Shown here: in pieces, positions 1 to 9,143 of the stretch
Layout of the letters: each line of letters opens with the position of its first letter
Numbering within the stretch: position 1 is the first letter of the stretch
Origin: an uncultured Planctomycetaceae bacterium
Lineage (GTDB): Bacteria; Planctomycetota; Planctomycetia; Planctomycetales; Planctomycetaceae
Reading direction: 5' to 3'
DNA: 64,000 nucleotides
Assembly: GCA_963976765.1 (NCBI GenBank)
Contig: CAXBME010000036.1
Span: forward strand, 9,461-73,460
The notes under the pieces: model-generated
Told to the model about the DNA's origin: nothing
What the model saw: only the letters and a program-made list of their open reading frames with translations
Databases searched by the model: none
Program-made: the position numbers and the translations under genes

Positions 1-2
1 TC

Positions 3-1052
3 GGGACCAGTCGGTCGAAGCAGAGTAAAGGCATCTATCACGCGACGTTGAATCTGAAGACGGGCCAGCTCTCGGATACCGAACTCGCCGCCGAAATCAG
101 CGGGCCAGGTTTCCTCGCGATGCACCCCAACGGGCAGCACATTTACGCGGTGGGAGATTTGCACGGTCAGCCAGTCGTCGCGGCGTATCAGATCGAAAAG
201 AAGAAAGGGAGGACGTCCCTGAGTTTCCAGAACGCTGTTGAGATCGGAGACGGCGGAGCGGCTCACGTTTCGATCGATTCGAGCGGTCGGACAATCTTGA
301 CGGCTCAATATGGAGCTGGCTCGACGGCGGTCTTCTCGGTCAACGAAGACGGATCGGTCCAAGAGCGAACTCAATTGATGAAGCACGAGGGCGGTTCGAA
401 AGTTGTCGGCAACCGACAGGAAGCGCCGCACGCTCACTGGACGGGATTTTCGCCGGACGAGAAGTTTGCGTTTGTGCCGGATCTCGGCCTGGACAAGGTG
501 GTGATCTACAAGGTCGACACTGCAAAGTCGAAAGTCGAGCAACTCGGCTTTGGAGTCGTACCTCCCGGCGGCGGCCCTCGCCACATGAAGTTTCACACGA
601 ACGGAAAATGGATCTACGTTTTGAACGAACTGGACCTCAGCGTGACGCGCTTCGATTACGACGCCAAAGCTGGCACGATGACGCCGCAGGAAACCGTGCT
701 GACTGTTCCGAAGGAAGAGCTCGAAAAAGAGAAGTTCAAGAGCTGTTCGGAAATTCGAGTTCACCCAAGCGGCCGTTTTGTCTACGCCGCCAACCGAGGC
801 CACGACACCGTAACCGTTTTCAGCGTCGACCAGTCAACTGGCAAACTAACTCTTGTCGAGCGAGAAAACGTCCGCGGAGCGACACCACGCAACGTTAACC
901 TGACTCCGGACGGCCGCTGGCTGGTCGCTGCTGGCCAGGACTCTCATACGCTGGCCGTCTTCGAAGTCAATCAGGAAACCGGCGAGCTGACCTACAACCG
1001 CAGCAACGTCTCCTGCCCGTCTCCGATCTGCGTGCTGTTTGAGCATGAGTGA
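3..1052 (+). CDS. 6-phosphogluconolactonase-type lactonase, 7-bladed beta-propeller family (5' end lies upstream of the window)
   Basis: The frame is open from nt 3 with no stop before the listed Met at 48, so the gene begins before the window. It has repeated propeller-blade signatures: HPNGQHIYAV, SIDSSGRTILTAQYG, FSPDEKFAFVPDLG, FHTNGKWIYVLNE, VHPSGRFVYAANRG, LTPDGRWLVAAGQ. Confidence 0.8.
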   Translation, partial: GTSRSKQSKGIYHATLNLKTGQLSDTELAAEISGPGFLAMHPNGQHIYAVGDLHGQPVVAAYQIEKKKGRTSLSFQNAVEIGDGGAAHVSIDSSGRTILTAQYGAGSTAVFSVNEDGSVQERTQLMKHEGGSKVVGNRQEAPHAHWTGFSPDEKFAFVPDLGLDKVVIYKVDTAKSKVEQLGFGVVPPGGGPRHMKFHTNGKWIYVLNELDLSVTRFDYDAKAGTMTPQETVLTVPKEELEKEKFKSCSEIRVHPSGRFVYAANRGHDTVTVFSVDQSTGKLTLVERENVRGATPRNVNLTPDGRWLVAAGQDSHTLAVFEVNQETGELTYNRSNVSCPSPICVLFEHE

Positions 1053-1108
1053 GACGCACGTCAGGCTCTATCCGGTGAAGTTCTGACCCCGCTGGAAGAG
1101 ATTTTTGA

Positions 1109-1218
1109 CAACCACGAAAGGTACGAAAATACGAAAAGAGTTCTCATGGTTCGCCTTTGCTGAGTGCAGCAGGGCAGGCTTGATAGAGACTTCCTGGTTT
1201 TTGTGTCTTTCGTGGTTG
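1109..1218. repeat. Long imperfect inverted repeat (arms 1109-1130 / 1197-1218, about 66-nt loop), member of the ACCACGRAAGGYACGAAA repeat family
   Basis: CAACCACGAAAGGTACGAAAAT pairs with GTTTTTGTGTCTTTCGTGGTTG: 22 positions, four of which are G-T pairs that work only in the + sense RNA. The left arm aligns with the left arm of the 62660-62736 hairpin. It lies between convergent genes. Confidence 0.6.
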
Positions 1219-1282
1219 AGATACTGAATGAAGAAAGGTCGCCATCACCAGGTAAGGCTTGGCAGCAGTTAGCTGGGATTGG

Positions 1283-2047
1283 TCAGGTCGCCTCTTCGTT
1301 TTCGATGGTCAGTGCTCGTCGGACTTCGCGGAAGGCTCGCCAGCGGCGGACGGCGAGCCAGCAGGCCAGGGACCAGCAGATGCCCAGCCACCAGCCAGCG
1401 ACGACGTCGGTGGGATAGTGGACTCCCATGTAAACCCGGCTGAATCCCACGGCGGCTGAGATCGTCAGCGGAGCGACGACGACGAATGTTTTGACCCGGC
1501 GTCGTGAGGTCAGGTCGGCAAGCATCAGTCCCAGCGAAAGGTACACCACCGCTGACATCATCGAGTGGCCGCTGGGAAAGCTCGAAGAATGCACGTGCGA
1601 AAGCCAGGGGACGATGTGTGGTCTTGGACGGGCGATGGCGGCTTTCAGGATCATGCTGAGCGTATACCCGGCAACAACCGCGAAAACGACGAAGTGGGCT
1701 CGTGCCGGGCGACGTTCCAGATGCAGAAAGGTTGTCACAAGGATTGTGATTGTCGACAGAATTCCGTAGCCGCCCATCGCGGTGAAGTCTCGAGTCAGCT
1801 CTTTAAACCAGCCCGGCCCGATGGGAGTTGCGGAGTTATCCGCGCTGCGAAGATTGCGGACGATGGCTTCGTCGAATTTCTGCAGAGATGGCTGACCGAG
1901 TTGGCTCACCAGGAGCACGAAGACTACGAGCCCGGTCGCCATGACGAGCAGGCCGAACACTTCCGTCTTCTTCCATCGAGGTCGGATGATTGCCGTGTCG
2001 CCGTTGCTCATGTCGTGTTCCGCGTCAGGCATCGGTGTGAATTTCAT
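1283..2047 (-). CDS. PAP2-family (type 2 phosphatidic acid phosphatase-like) membrane phosphatase
   Basis: PAP2 catalytic motifs are present (KAAIARPRP, SFPSGHS, SRVYMGVHYPTDVVAG) with several hydrophobic helices. The start is uncertain: Met codons at 2047, 2032 and 2011. The longest form overlaps the upstream gene's stop by 23 nt. Confidence 0.85.
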   Translation of the reverse strand: MKFTPMPDAEHDMSNGDTAIIRPRWKKTEVFGLLVMATGLVVFVLLVSQLGQPSLQKFDEAIVRNLRSADNSATPIGPGWFKELTRDFTAMGGYGILSTITILVTTFLHLERRPARAHFVVFAVVAGYTLSMILKAAIARPRPHIVPWLSHVHSSSFPSGHSMMSAVVYLSLGLMLADLTSRRRVKTFVVVAPLTISAAVGFSRVYMGVHYPTDVVAGWWLGICWSLACWLAVRRWRAFREVRRALTIENEEAT

Positions 2048-4238
2048 CGGGATGCCTCACGCGTTTCCGTAAGACTGCCGCCAGCTGCTCAGCTCGAGTG
2101 GCGATTTCACTGACCAGTTTTCGGTCGGGCTGCGGCGCGAATCTCAATTCTGCATACCGGGTGTACCAGTCCGCCGCCTCACCGAGCGGATCGTGCTGAT
2201 CGATCGCTCCGTTTGCAAGTTGCTGAGCGTACCCGTCGATGGTTTCTCCTGGCAGCCTTACTCGCCAGACGCGTTTCAGGACGACGTCAATTTTTTGTCT
2301 GGCTGTTTGAAGTTGCTCGACGATCGGGGTCGACGCGGTGTAGGCCGCTCGATCAACGTGCCTGCTTTGCCGCCAGCGTCGCAGCATTACTCCGGAAAAA
2401 ATCAGAACGACTGTTGCGAGTGCTGCCAGGCCAACTGGCGACAGAAGCAGGGAACGCAGCGTCTCGCGAATTGACGCGAAGCCGCGTTGCTGCCAGCCAA
2501 TTCGGAGTCGGTGAAATTCGTCACGCAGGTATTCGTAAAGCTGCGTCGATGCTGAGACGGACGAGTCGTCAGGAACGCCTGCGGTCGGCGTCGAGTCGAC
2601 GATCACCCACCCGACCGAATCGTCGTAGGCTTCGACCCAGGCATGAGCATCTTCGTTACGGGCGATCCATTCGCCGCTGTACTTGTTTTGCTCGGAGACG
2701 ACGAAGCCAACGACGTATCGACACGGAACGCCGGCCATCCGAAGCAGTACCGCCGTGCCCGAGGCAAAGTATTCGCAATGCGCCGCCGGTTTCTCCAGCA
2801 GGAACCATTTGAGTGGTTCCGTTCTAACCGGCGGGTCTGCCTTCAGGCTGTAAGCATAGTTGTCCTTGAAGTAGCGACGTGTCGCCGCCAGTTTTTCGTC
2901 GATGGTCTCACAGTTTCTGAACAGAGAGTTCGCCAGTTCAAGCAGTTGCTGGCTTTTCTGCGTCCATGCCGGCGGAGTCGCTAATTGCCGGAGTATGGCG
3001 GTTGAGTCGGCTCCAAACGGCGCTGATTGATCCGAGGCGTCGTCCGTCGAGTCCGTGGTTTGCTGATGAGCATTCCGGACGAAAACGGTGTAGGGAATGC
3101 CGACCGTGGCCTCGCTCGACCGCATGATGTTGTGCGTGTCGACGGTCACAATTCTCGCATCCGCATACAGCCATGAAGTTCGCAGCGGGCCAGCGAAAGT
3201 GTCTCCCAGATCCACATCTGGCCACACCTCGAATTTCTGAGTTCCAGGATTTGTTGTGTCGGAAATTCTGAATGCCTGACCGTTATGAGTCTCTGATCTG
3301 ACGGTGTTGGGAATCGATGCTTGAGGCGAGGTAGCGCGACCTTCGATATTGAAGAGCCACTTGCGGTTTTCATAGATGTCGTAGGCTCTGGCGCGGAAGT
3401 AGCCCGGCTCGACGGCCGAGACAACTCGCAAAGCTGTTTCCTGCGAGTTGCTGTCCTTCTGCAGCGATACCGAACCGAGTGATGACGACTCAGAAAACCC
3501 AACACTGGCAGGCTCGGTCTGCTGCTGAAGAAATCTGCTTACGAAGTGCTCGACATGGCGTTCGTACCTGTGCATCGAATCGGCCAGAAACCAGCCGAGG
3601 CTTCCCACGGCGACCAGAACCAGCACCGTCGCGAGGGGGCGTCCTCGATGGCGAGCAGGCAGGACTTTGATGAACCTTCTCGAAGCATCGCAGAAGAGAA
3701 CTGAAAGAACGGAAAACGCAACGCACAGAGTCAGTATGACGCTGCGTTCGCCGCCTTCTCGGGACACCATCGTCGCACAGACAAGGGCGATGACTCCAAT
3801 GCCTGGAAAGCTGAAAGGCAACCGATCGTCGCGGCGTTTCAGGAAGAACTGAATGCACTGCATGGCAAGGACGTACTGAGCCAGCGTAAACCCCATCGAC
3901 TGGCTCGGGATCAAGTCGTCGTAGCGCGGATTGCTCGGAGTGACCATGTACTTGATCACAAAAATGACGGCGAAGAGTGCGATGATGTCGTACGTTCGTT
4001 GTCGATTCATATTGAAGCGACGTCGCGAAACTGTTCCGTACAACGCGACGCAGACGGCCATTGTGGGGAAGATGGCAGCGTTCGAAAGGCGGGCGACCGC
4101 GAAGGCTTCCAGCGAAATGAGCGCAAAGGCCAGCCACCGTTGCACGGGAATTTTGGTGGCGGCATCAATCAGAGCCTGGCCCGATGTCAGCAGGCTGCTT
4201 CGTTGCCGTGTCCGATTTTGTTTCGGTTGATCACTCAC
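2025..4238 (-). CDS. Transglutaminase-like membrane protein (TgpA-like; N-terminal multi-TM region, C-terminal transglutaminase core)
   Basis: The Cys-His-Asp core context is AAHCEYFASGTAVLLRMAGVPCRYVVGF ... EDAHAWVEAYDDSVGWVIVDST. There are about 6 N-terminal TM helices and one after the core. I place the start at GTG 4238, which overlaps the DUF58 stop as GTGA. The ORF-track extension to 4493 is Arg-rich and overlaps the upstream gene. Confidence 0.85.
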   Translation of the reverse strand: MSDQPKQNRTRQRSSLLTSGQALIDAATKIPVQRWLAFALISLEAFAVARLSNAAIFPTMAVCVALYGTVSRRRFNMNRQRTYDIIALFAVIFVIKYMVTPSNPRYDDLIPSQSMGFTLAQYVLAMQCIQFFLKRRDDRLPFSFPGIGVIALVCATMVSREGGERSVILTLCVAFSVLSVLFCDASRRFIKVLPARHRGRPLATVLVLVAVGSLGWFLADSMHRYERHVEHFVSRFLQQQTEPASVGFSESSSLGSVSLQKDSNSQETALRVVSAVEPGYFRARAYDIYENRKWLFNIEGRATSPQASIPNTVRSETHNGQAFRISDTTNPGTQKFEVWPDVDLGDTFAGPLRTSWLYADARIVTVDTHNIMRSSEATVGIPYTVFVRNAHQQTTDSTDDASDQSAPFGADSTAILRQLATPPAWTQKSQQLLELANSLFRNCETIDEKLAATRRYFKDNYAYSLKADPPVRTEPLKWFLLEKPAAHCEYFASGTAVLLRMAGVPCRYVVGFVVSEQNKYSGEWIARNEDAHAWVEAYDDSVGWVIVDSTPTAGVPDDSSVSASTQLYEYLRDEFHRLRIGWQQRGFASIRETLRSLLLSPVGLAALATVVLIFSGVMLRRWRQSRHVDRAAYTASTPIVEQLQTARQKIDVVLKRVWRVRLPGETIDGYAQQLANGAIDQHDPLGEAADWYTRYAELRFAPQPDRKLVSEIATRAEQLAAVLRKRVRHPDEIHTDA

Positions 4239-5578
4239 AGAGATTCGACGCCCCCGTTTTGAATCTGACTCGGCGTCAGGATAATGACCTCTCCGAGATC
4301 GTCGGGCAGCGGCTTCGAAACAGCATTTTCGCGAACGATGATTAGCTTCAACTGACAGCCGGCTTCGATGATGGTCCGGGCCAGTTCTTCGCGAGAATTG
4401 TCCCAGTCGAGAAACACACAGATGGCCGTTGTGATTGACGTCAGCTCGTCGGCCACGGCAGGGGTGACCTTTCCGAAGGGATCTTTCTCGCACGGCGCGA
4501 CAGAAGCCAGAATCTCAAGGACGTTGTCAAAGTGGGCGAGCTGTCGACCAGCGCGGAAGATGTAAAGTTCTGGCCCGGCCGCGAAGATGTCGATCAGATG
4601 TTCGGTCGCTGATAGAGAATCGGCGATCGATGCCGACAGACTGATCGCCGATTCGAGTTCGGGGAAGGCTTCACGGGGCATTCGCCGTTTCGGAATCCAG
4701 GTGTCCAGAATCAACGCAATGCGGCAGTAGTATTCTTCCTGGAATTCGCGCACCACTGGTCGAGCAAGTCTGGCCCAGCTGCGGAAATCGAGATGTCGAA
4801 CGGGTTCGCCTGGCACATAGTCCCGATTGCCGATGTATTCGGGAGACTCGCCAACGTTCGAGCTGAGTGCAACGCCGCCGGGTTGATAACGCAATCCGAC
4901 TGGCACATCGATTGACTGCAGGGTGTGAAACTGTGGCAACACGATTAAAGGTTTGAGTGGAAACTGCGTCGATCCACTTCGCATCAGGTTGAAAGGGAAC
5001 GTGCTGTGAGGTCTCAGGTAAGGAAGTTTGTAGACGCCTCGCCGCATGGGCCGAAGTTCAAGCGGCAAGGTTGCTGATTGACCAGGAGCAAGTCGCGGGA
5101 TCGCCGTAAACGCTGACTCAAACTGAATCGATTTCTGCAGACCAATGAACCAGAGCATCAGATCGTAGGCGGGCCGCCATGACTGATTGGTCAGTTCGAT
5201 TTCTGCCGTGATCAGATCTCCGGCGGTGACTCGGCCCGGCAAATCGCCTTTGACCTGTAATCTTGGTCGGAAGAGCAGATTGGTCAGCCAGACGACCAGA
5301 TAAGCGGAAAACAGAGTGCAGAAGATCTGATAGACCGGGATGGCGACCGTGGCCAGACCCGCTGACGTAAACAGCACGCTCCAGAACAGGAACCGACCGG
5401 CTGGAGTCAGCTTGTAACGCCAAAGATATTTCGCATACCGAACGGTGAACGGCACGTACTTTGGCCTGTCGACTTTTCGACGTCGCTGCCGTTTGGTTTT
5501 TCCAGATGGCTGCGGGTTGTCGGTCATGGTGTGGCCCGATCCCTGTTGATGATTCATGCCCTTCGTGCCGCGTTGCAT
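4235..5578 (-). CDS. DUF58-family protein (vWA-like, MoxR-associated)
   Basis: It sits between a MoxR ATPase and a transglutaminase-like protein. It has two N-terminal TM helices followed by the GESPEYIGNRDYVPGEPVRHLDFRSWAR signature typical of DUF58. The start is uncertain (Met at 5578, 5557 or 5527). Confidence 0.8.
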   Translation of the reverse strand: MQRGTKGMNHQQGSGHTMTDNPQPSGKTKRQRRRKVDRPKYVPFTVRYAKYLWRYKLTPAGRFLFWSVLFTSAGLATVAIPVYQIFCTLFSAYLVVWLTNLLFRPRLQVKGDLPGRVTAGDLITAEIELTNQSWRPAYDLMLWFIGLQKSIQFESAFTAIPRLAPGQSATLPLELRPMRRGVYKLPYLRPHSTFPFNLMRSGSTQFPLKPLIVLPQFHTLQSIDVPVGLRYQPGGVALSSNVGESPEYIGNRDYVPGEPVRHLDFRSWARLARPVVREFQEEYYCRIALILDTWIPKRRMPREAFPELESAISLSASIADSLSATEHLIDIFAAGPELYIFRAGRQLAHFDNVLEILASVAPCEKDPFGKVTPAVADELTSITTAICVFLDWDNSREELARTIIEAGCQLKLIIVRENAVSKPLPDDLGEVIILTPSQIQNGGVESL

Positions 5579-5683
5579 CTCTGGTTTACCTGCAGAGTCG
5601 CAAGGTGTGTATTGGGGAGATCCCCCGACAACCGAATTTTGAATAAAGTTGGAGCAGAACCCTGTGGCTGCTGTGAAGGGTAG

Positions 5684-6670
5684 TCAGACTGGAACCCGTA
5701 CGGACTTGAGCAGGTCGTCAATGACCTCGGCCCGATTGACGCTGCTGTATCGACTTTTGGATGTCAGCACGACTCGATGCGGCAACACGTAGCGGGCCAT
5801 TTTTTGAACGTCGTCCGGCGTCGCATGATTTCGTCCGGTAAGAAAGGCCGCTGCCTGAGCCGCACGAAACAGCATCAGTGATCCTCGCGGGCTGACTCCA
5901 AGTTTGAGTCGTTCGTCGGCTCGCGACTGAGTGACGAGTTCGACAATGTACTGGCCGACGCTGCGGTCAACGTGAACCTGTCGCACTGCCTTCTGCATGC
6001 TCACCACCTGTTCGCGAGTCAGTACCGGCTTTACGGAATCAATCGGGTGAGCAATCGCCTGGTCGAACAGAATGTCGAGTTCGGTTTCGGCGTTCGGGTA
6101 TCCGAGATTCATGTAGACAAGGAATCGGTCCAGCTGAGCTTCCGGCAACGGGTACGTGCCGTGAAAGTCGATGGGGTTTTGAGTTGCCACGACGATGAAC
6201 GGATTCGGCAACTGGTGGCAGACGCCTTCGATCGTTGCCTGCGATTCACTCATTGCTTCGAGCAGAGCCGATTGAGTTCTCGGAGAAGCTCGGTTGATTT
6301 CGTCAGCCAGCAACACGTTGCAGAAGATCGGGCCTTTGCGAAACGAAAACGAGCCATCAACCGGGTTGTAGATTGACGCGCCCAGGATGTCCGATGGCAA
6401 GAGGTCCGGCGTGAACTGCACCCTGTTGAAGGCAACATCCAGCGACCTGGCCAAAGCTTTGGCCAGAGTCGTTTTACCGACGCCGGGCACGTCGTCCATC
6501 AGGACTGAGCCGCCAGCAAGGATTGCCGTGATCAGAACTTCGACCGCTTCCTGCTTGCCGCGAATGACTGCGGACAGGCACGCCGCAAGATCCTGCAGTT
6601 TCTGCTGGCTCTTCCGCGCTTCGGTGGATGATTGATCGGACACTGACTGACTGACAGGTTCGCCGTTCAA
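5684..6670 (-). CDS. MoxR-family AAA+ ATPase
   Basis: Walker A is DDVPGVGKTTLAKALA and Walker B is VLLADEINRASPRTQSALLEAM, with a C-terminal MoxR lid. No in-frame ATG lies upstream of the P-loop. TTG at 6670 is preceded by GGAG with a 6-nt spacer. Confidence 0.9.
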   Translation of the reverse strand: MNGEPVSQSVSDQSSTEARKSQQKLQDLAACLSAVIRGKQEAVEVLITAILAGGSVLMDDVPGVGKTTLAKALARSLDVAFNRVQFTPDLLPSDILGASIYNPVDGSFSFRKGPIFCNVLLADEINRASPRTQSALLEAMSESQATIEGVCHQLPNPFIVVATQNPIDFHGTYPLPEAQLDRFLVYMNLGYPNAETELDILFDQAIAHPIDSVKPVLTREQVVSMQKAVRQVHVDRSVGQYIVELVTQSRADERLKLGVSPRGSLMLFRAAQAAAFLTGRNHATPDDVQKMARYVLPHRVVLTSKSRYSSVNRAEVIDDLLKSVRVPV

Positions 6671-6869
6671 AATTGGCTCCGACGTTGGTGTTCTCGACCA
6701 GGCCGGATGCTGTCCCGGCTTACGATCAGCAGGTTGATCATTATAAGTTCGAAATGTAGTCGCTCGATTCCTGACCGGCCATACGGGCAGATCGACTCAC
6801 ACAGGATTCACCACTGGCGTCGTCGTCGACGTTGAGGAACGATCGTCTGGAGGCGCGAACGCTGAGGGC

Positions 6870-7343
6870 TTAATACTGTCGGAAATATCGCCGAGGATCC
6901 CTGACTGGCTGCCGAACGTTCCAGTACGTTTTCGCTTCACGGTCGAACCGAAGCTGCAGAGCGTCTCGTCCAGTCAGTTTCATCAGGATGCCGATTGGCC
7001 AGACGACTCCGTAGAAAACGACGGCCAGGACAACGTTAGAAACTACAAAGCCAATCGGAAAGACGGCGGCCATCCACACGACATACACGATGCGGATGAA
7101 CGACGGTGCGAAAACTCCGACGCCCCCTACGACTGTGCCACCGCCCGCGATCATCCAGGCTGTTTCGGCCGTGGCTCCCTTGTCGTGAGCCAGCCAGGCA
7201 ACAATGGAAAAAAACACCGGCAACAGCAGCGAGAAAACCTTCAGCTCTTTACGGGAAGGATTCCAGTTAATATCGACGATGGCCATGTTGAAAGCTTTCG
7301 AAGCAATCTGATTATCAAATCGATTTGTGCAGGCAATTGTCAT
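6870..7343 (-). CDS. Small integral membrane protein, tentatively SxtJ-like
   Basis: There are three hydrophobic helices. The N-terminal INWNPSRKELKVFS and C-terminal RFDREAKTYWNVRQPVRDPRRYFRQY resemble, from memory, the SxtJ family. An alternative start is Met 7286 (MAIVDINW). Confidence 0.6.
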   Translation of the reverse strand: MTIACTNRFDNQIASKAFNMAIVDINWNPSRKELKVFSLLLPVFFSIVAWLAHDKGATAETAWMIAGGGTVVGGVGVFAPSFIRIVYVVWMAAVFPIGFVVSNVVLAVVFYGVVWPIGILMKLTGRDALQLRFDREAKTYWNVRQPVRDPRRYFRQY

Positions 7344-7376
7344 CCAGCTTTGGTTGCTGATTGGGCAATTGAAAGT

Positions 7377-9092
7377 TCACAGATCAGTCGTGGCTGTTCT
7401 GCCGTAAAATTTCAGCAACCGGCTGCGAACCTTGTCAACTTCGGTGTCGATTTGCGACTCATTGAGTTTGCCGGCTCGGACAAGTTCGCCTGCCAGATGT
7501 CTGAGTGTGCTGCCGTGAATCGTCGGGTGAAAGATCAGCATCATCCGCCGTTCGACGAGGTCTTCGAGTTTTGTGCACCACTCATGCTTGATCGACCATC
7601 GTGCAAACGACCTCGGGATATTCGTTCCTTCGATTGAGGCGTTGTCGTCTTCGGTGAAAATTTCATGAAAGCGGTCGCCGAGCAGCGGCCACACGGCGGC
7701 GACCTGGTCTATCGTTAGTCTGTAATTCCGGGCCGCTTCGGCAAGCTGTTGTTCCGACAGGAAATGACTGCCCGCCTTGTTTGCTCCAGGGAGTGGGCGG
7801 CTGGTTGATTCGGTGAGTTGTGTGTGCTTACTGAGTTGGCACACTCGGCGAGCGACCTCTTCAGCGAGAGACCGGCATGTGGTGAGTTTGCCACCGACTA
7901 ACGTCAGTATCGGGGTGCTGCCGAGCCGTGATTCTTCGAGCGAGTGTCCTCGTGGGATCGCGGTTGCAGGTCCGTCGAATTTTGGCAGCGGACGCACTCC
8001 TGCGTGGTGCATGTGGACGTCGTCGACTGTCAGGCCGATGTCGGGAAAAATGTCCAGCACCATTCGCAGCAGATAGTCGACTTCGTTTGGCGTTGCGACC
8101 GCGTTGCCTGGATCGTCTTCGAACCGTTCATCCGTCGTGCCGATCAGGACGCCACCGGCGCAGGGCAGGATGAAGATCAGCCGACCGTCGCTGGCTTCGG
8201 CGTAGATTCCGATTCCGTTCAGTGCGTCAATCAGCGGCTGATGAGTTGTGAATAGATGGCTGCCTTTTGTGCCAGCGAGCAGTTGCCGTTCGCGTACACC
8301 CAGTGCTTCGAGCGTGCGGTCGCCCCATGCTCCCGTCGCATTGATGATGATTGACGGTGTGATTGTTTTCGGCGGGCCAGTGATGGCGGTCGACCGGTCG
8401 TCATTGACGGGGACAATCGAAATGTTCGTTGGCGATTTCGAGGCAACCGCTCTATGGTAAGGCAGAATTTCGAGCATCTTGCCGTTTGCGTCAGCGGCTC
8501 GGCGAGCGTCTTCCAGCATCGCCAGAACGAAACGTTCCGGGAATTCGATCTGGGCGTCCGAGTAAGAACACAGCCAGCGGAAATGCGAAGTCACTTGAGG
8601 GCTGTTGTGGCCGGTGCCAGCTTCATCAGTGACGGACCCGATTCTGTGTATCGGCAAGGAATCGGAGCGGGCAAGGCAGTCGTAGATTGACAGGCCGGCT
8701 TTGATAGCGAGCAATCCTCGCGGACCGCGTCCGAACTTCAGCAGCGTTTGTCCCAGCGTGGTTTGTGCGAGCTCGGAAAATCTCACGAAACCGGACCATA
8801 GTCCTCCGAAACGCCGCTCGACAGGAATGACCAGACGCAAGGGTTTTACAAAGTGAGGAGCGAGTTTCAGGAGTCGCTCACGCTCAAGCAGAGACTCACG
8901 AACGAGCGCGATATCCCGGTACTCCAGATAACGGAGGCCGCCGTGAATCAGTCGTGACGATCGAGAAGTTGCTCCGCCAGCGACGTCGCCCGTATCGACA
9001 ATGCAAACGGGGATTCCGTTGATGGCCAGTTCGCGAGCGACGGCGGCTCCGTTTATTCCTGCCCCCAGAATCAGGACTGGTTTCACGGACAC
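7377..9092 (-). CDS. glpD: FAD-dependent glycerol-3-phosphate dehydrogenase/oxidase
   Basis: The N-terminal dinucleotide fold is VLILGAGINGAAVARELAINGIPVCIVDTGDVAGGATSRSSRLIHGGLRYLE, and a C-terminal GlpD-type helical domain is present. It has a GTG start. Confidence 0.9.
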   Translation of the reverse strand: MSVKPVLILGAGINGAAVARELAINGIPVCIVDTGDVAGGATSRSSRLIHGGLRYLEYRDIALVRESLLERERLLKLAPHFVKPLRLVIPVERRFGGLWSGFVRFSELAQTTLGQTLLKFGRGPRGLLAIKAGLSIYDCLARSDSLPIHRIGSVTDEAGTGHNSPQVTSHFRWLCSYSDAQIEFPERFVLAMLEDARRAADANGKMLEILPYHRAVASKSPTNISIVPVNDDRSTAITGPPKTITPSIIINATGAWGDRTLEALGVRERQLLAGTKGSHLFTTHQPLIDALNGIGIYAEASDGRLIFILPCAGGVLIGTTDERFEDDPGNAVATPNEVDYLLRMVLDIFPDIGLTVDDVHMHHAGVRPLPKFDGPATAIPRGHSLEESRLGSTPILTLVGGKLTTCRSLAEEVARRVCQLSKHTQLTESTSRPLPGANKAGSHFLSEQQLAEAARNYRLTIDQVAAVWPLLGDRFHEIFTEDDNASIEGTNIPRSFARWSIKHEWCTKLEDLVERRMMLIFHPTIHGSTLRHLAGELVRAGKLNESQIDTEVDKVRSRLLKFYGRTATTDL

Positions 9093-9143
9093 CGCCTCAG
9101 AGTCTTCGGAAAATGGTCAACACGAGCGAGCGAGGACATGACA

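Noticed and set aside
4239-4493. N-terminal 85-residue extension of the transglutaminase ORF.
   Set aside because: It is Arg/His-rich and overlaps the 3' end of the DUF58 gene. GTG 4238 gives a classical 4-nt stop/start overlap and begins just before the first TM helices.
6738-6746. TATAAT box (minus strand) about 70 nt upstream of the MoxR TTG start.
   Set aside because: I found no convincing -35 partner, and planctomycetal promoter consensus is poorly defined. The evidence is too weak to list as a feature.
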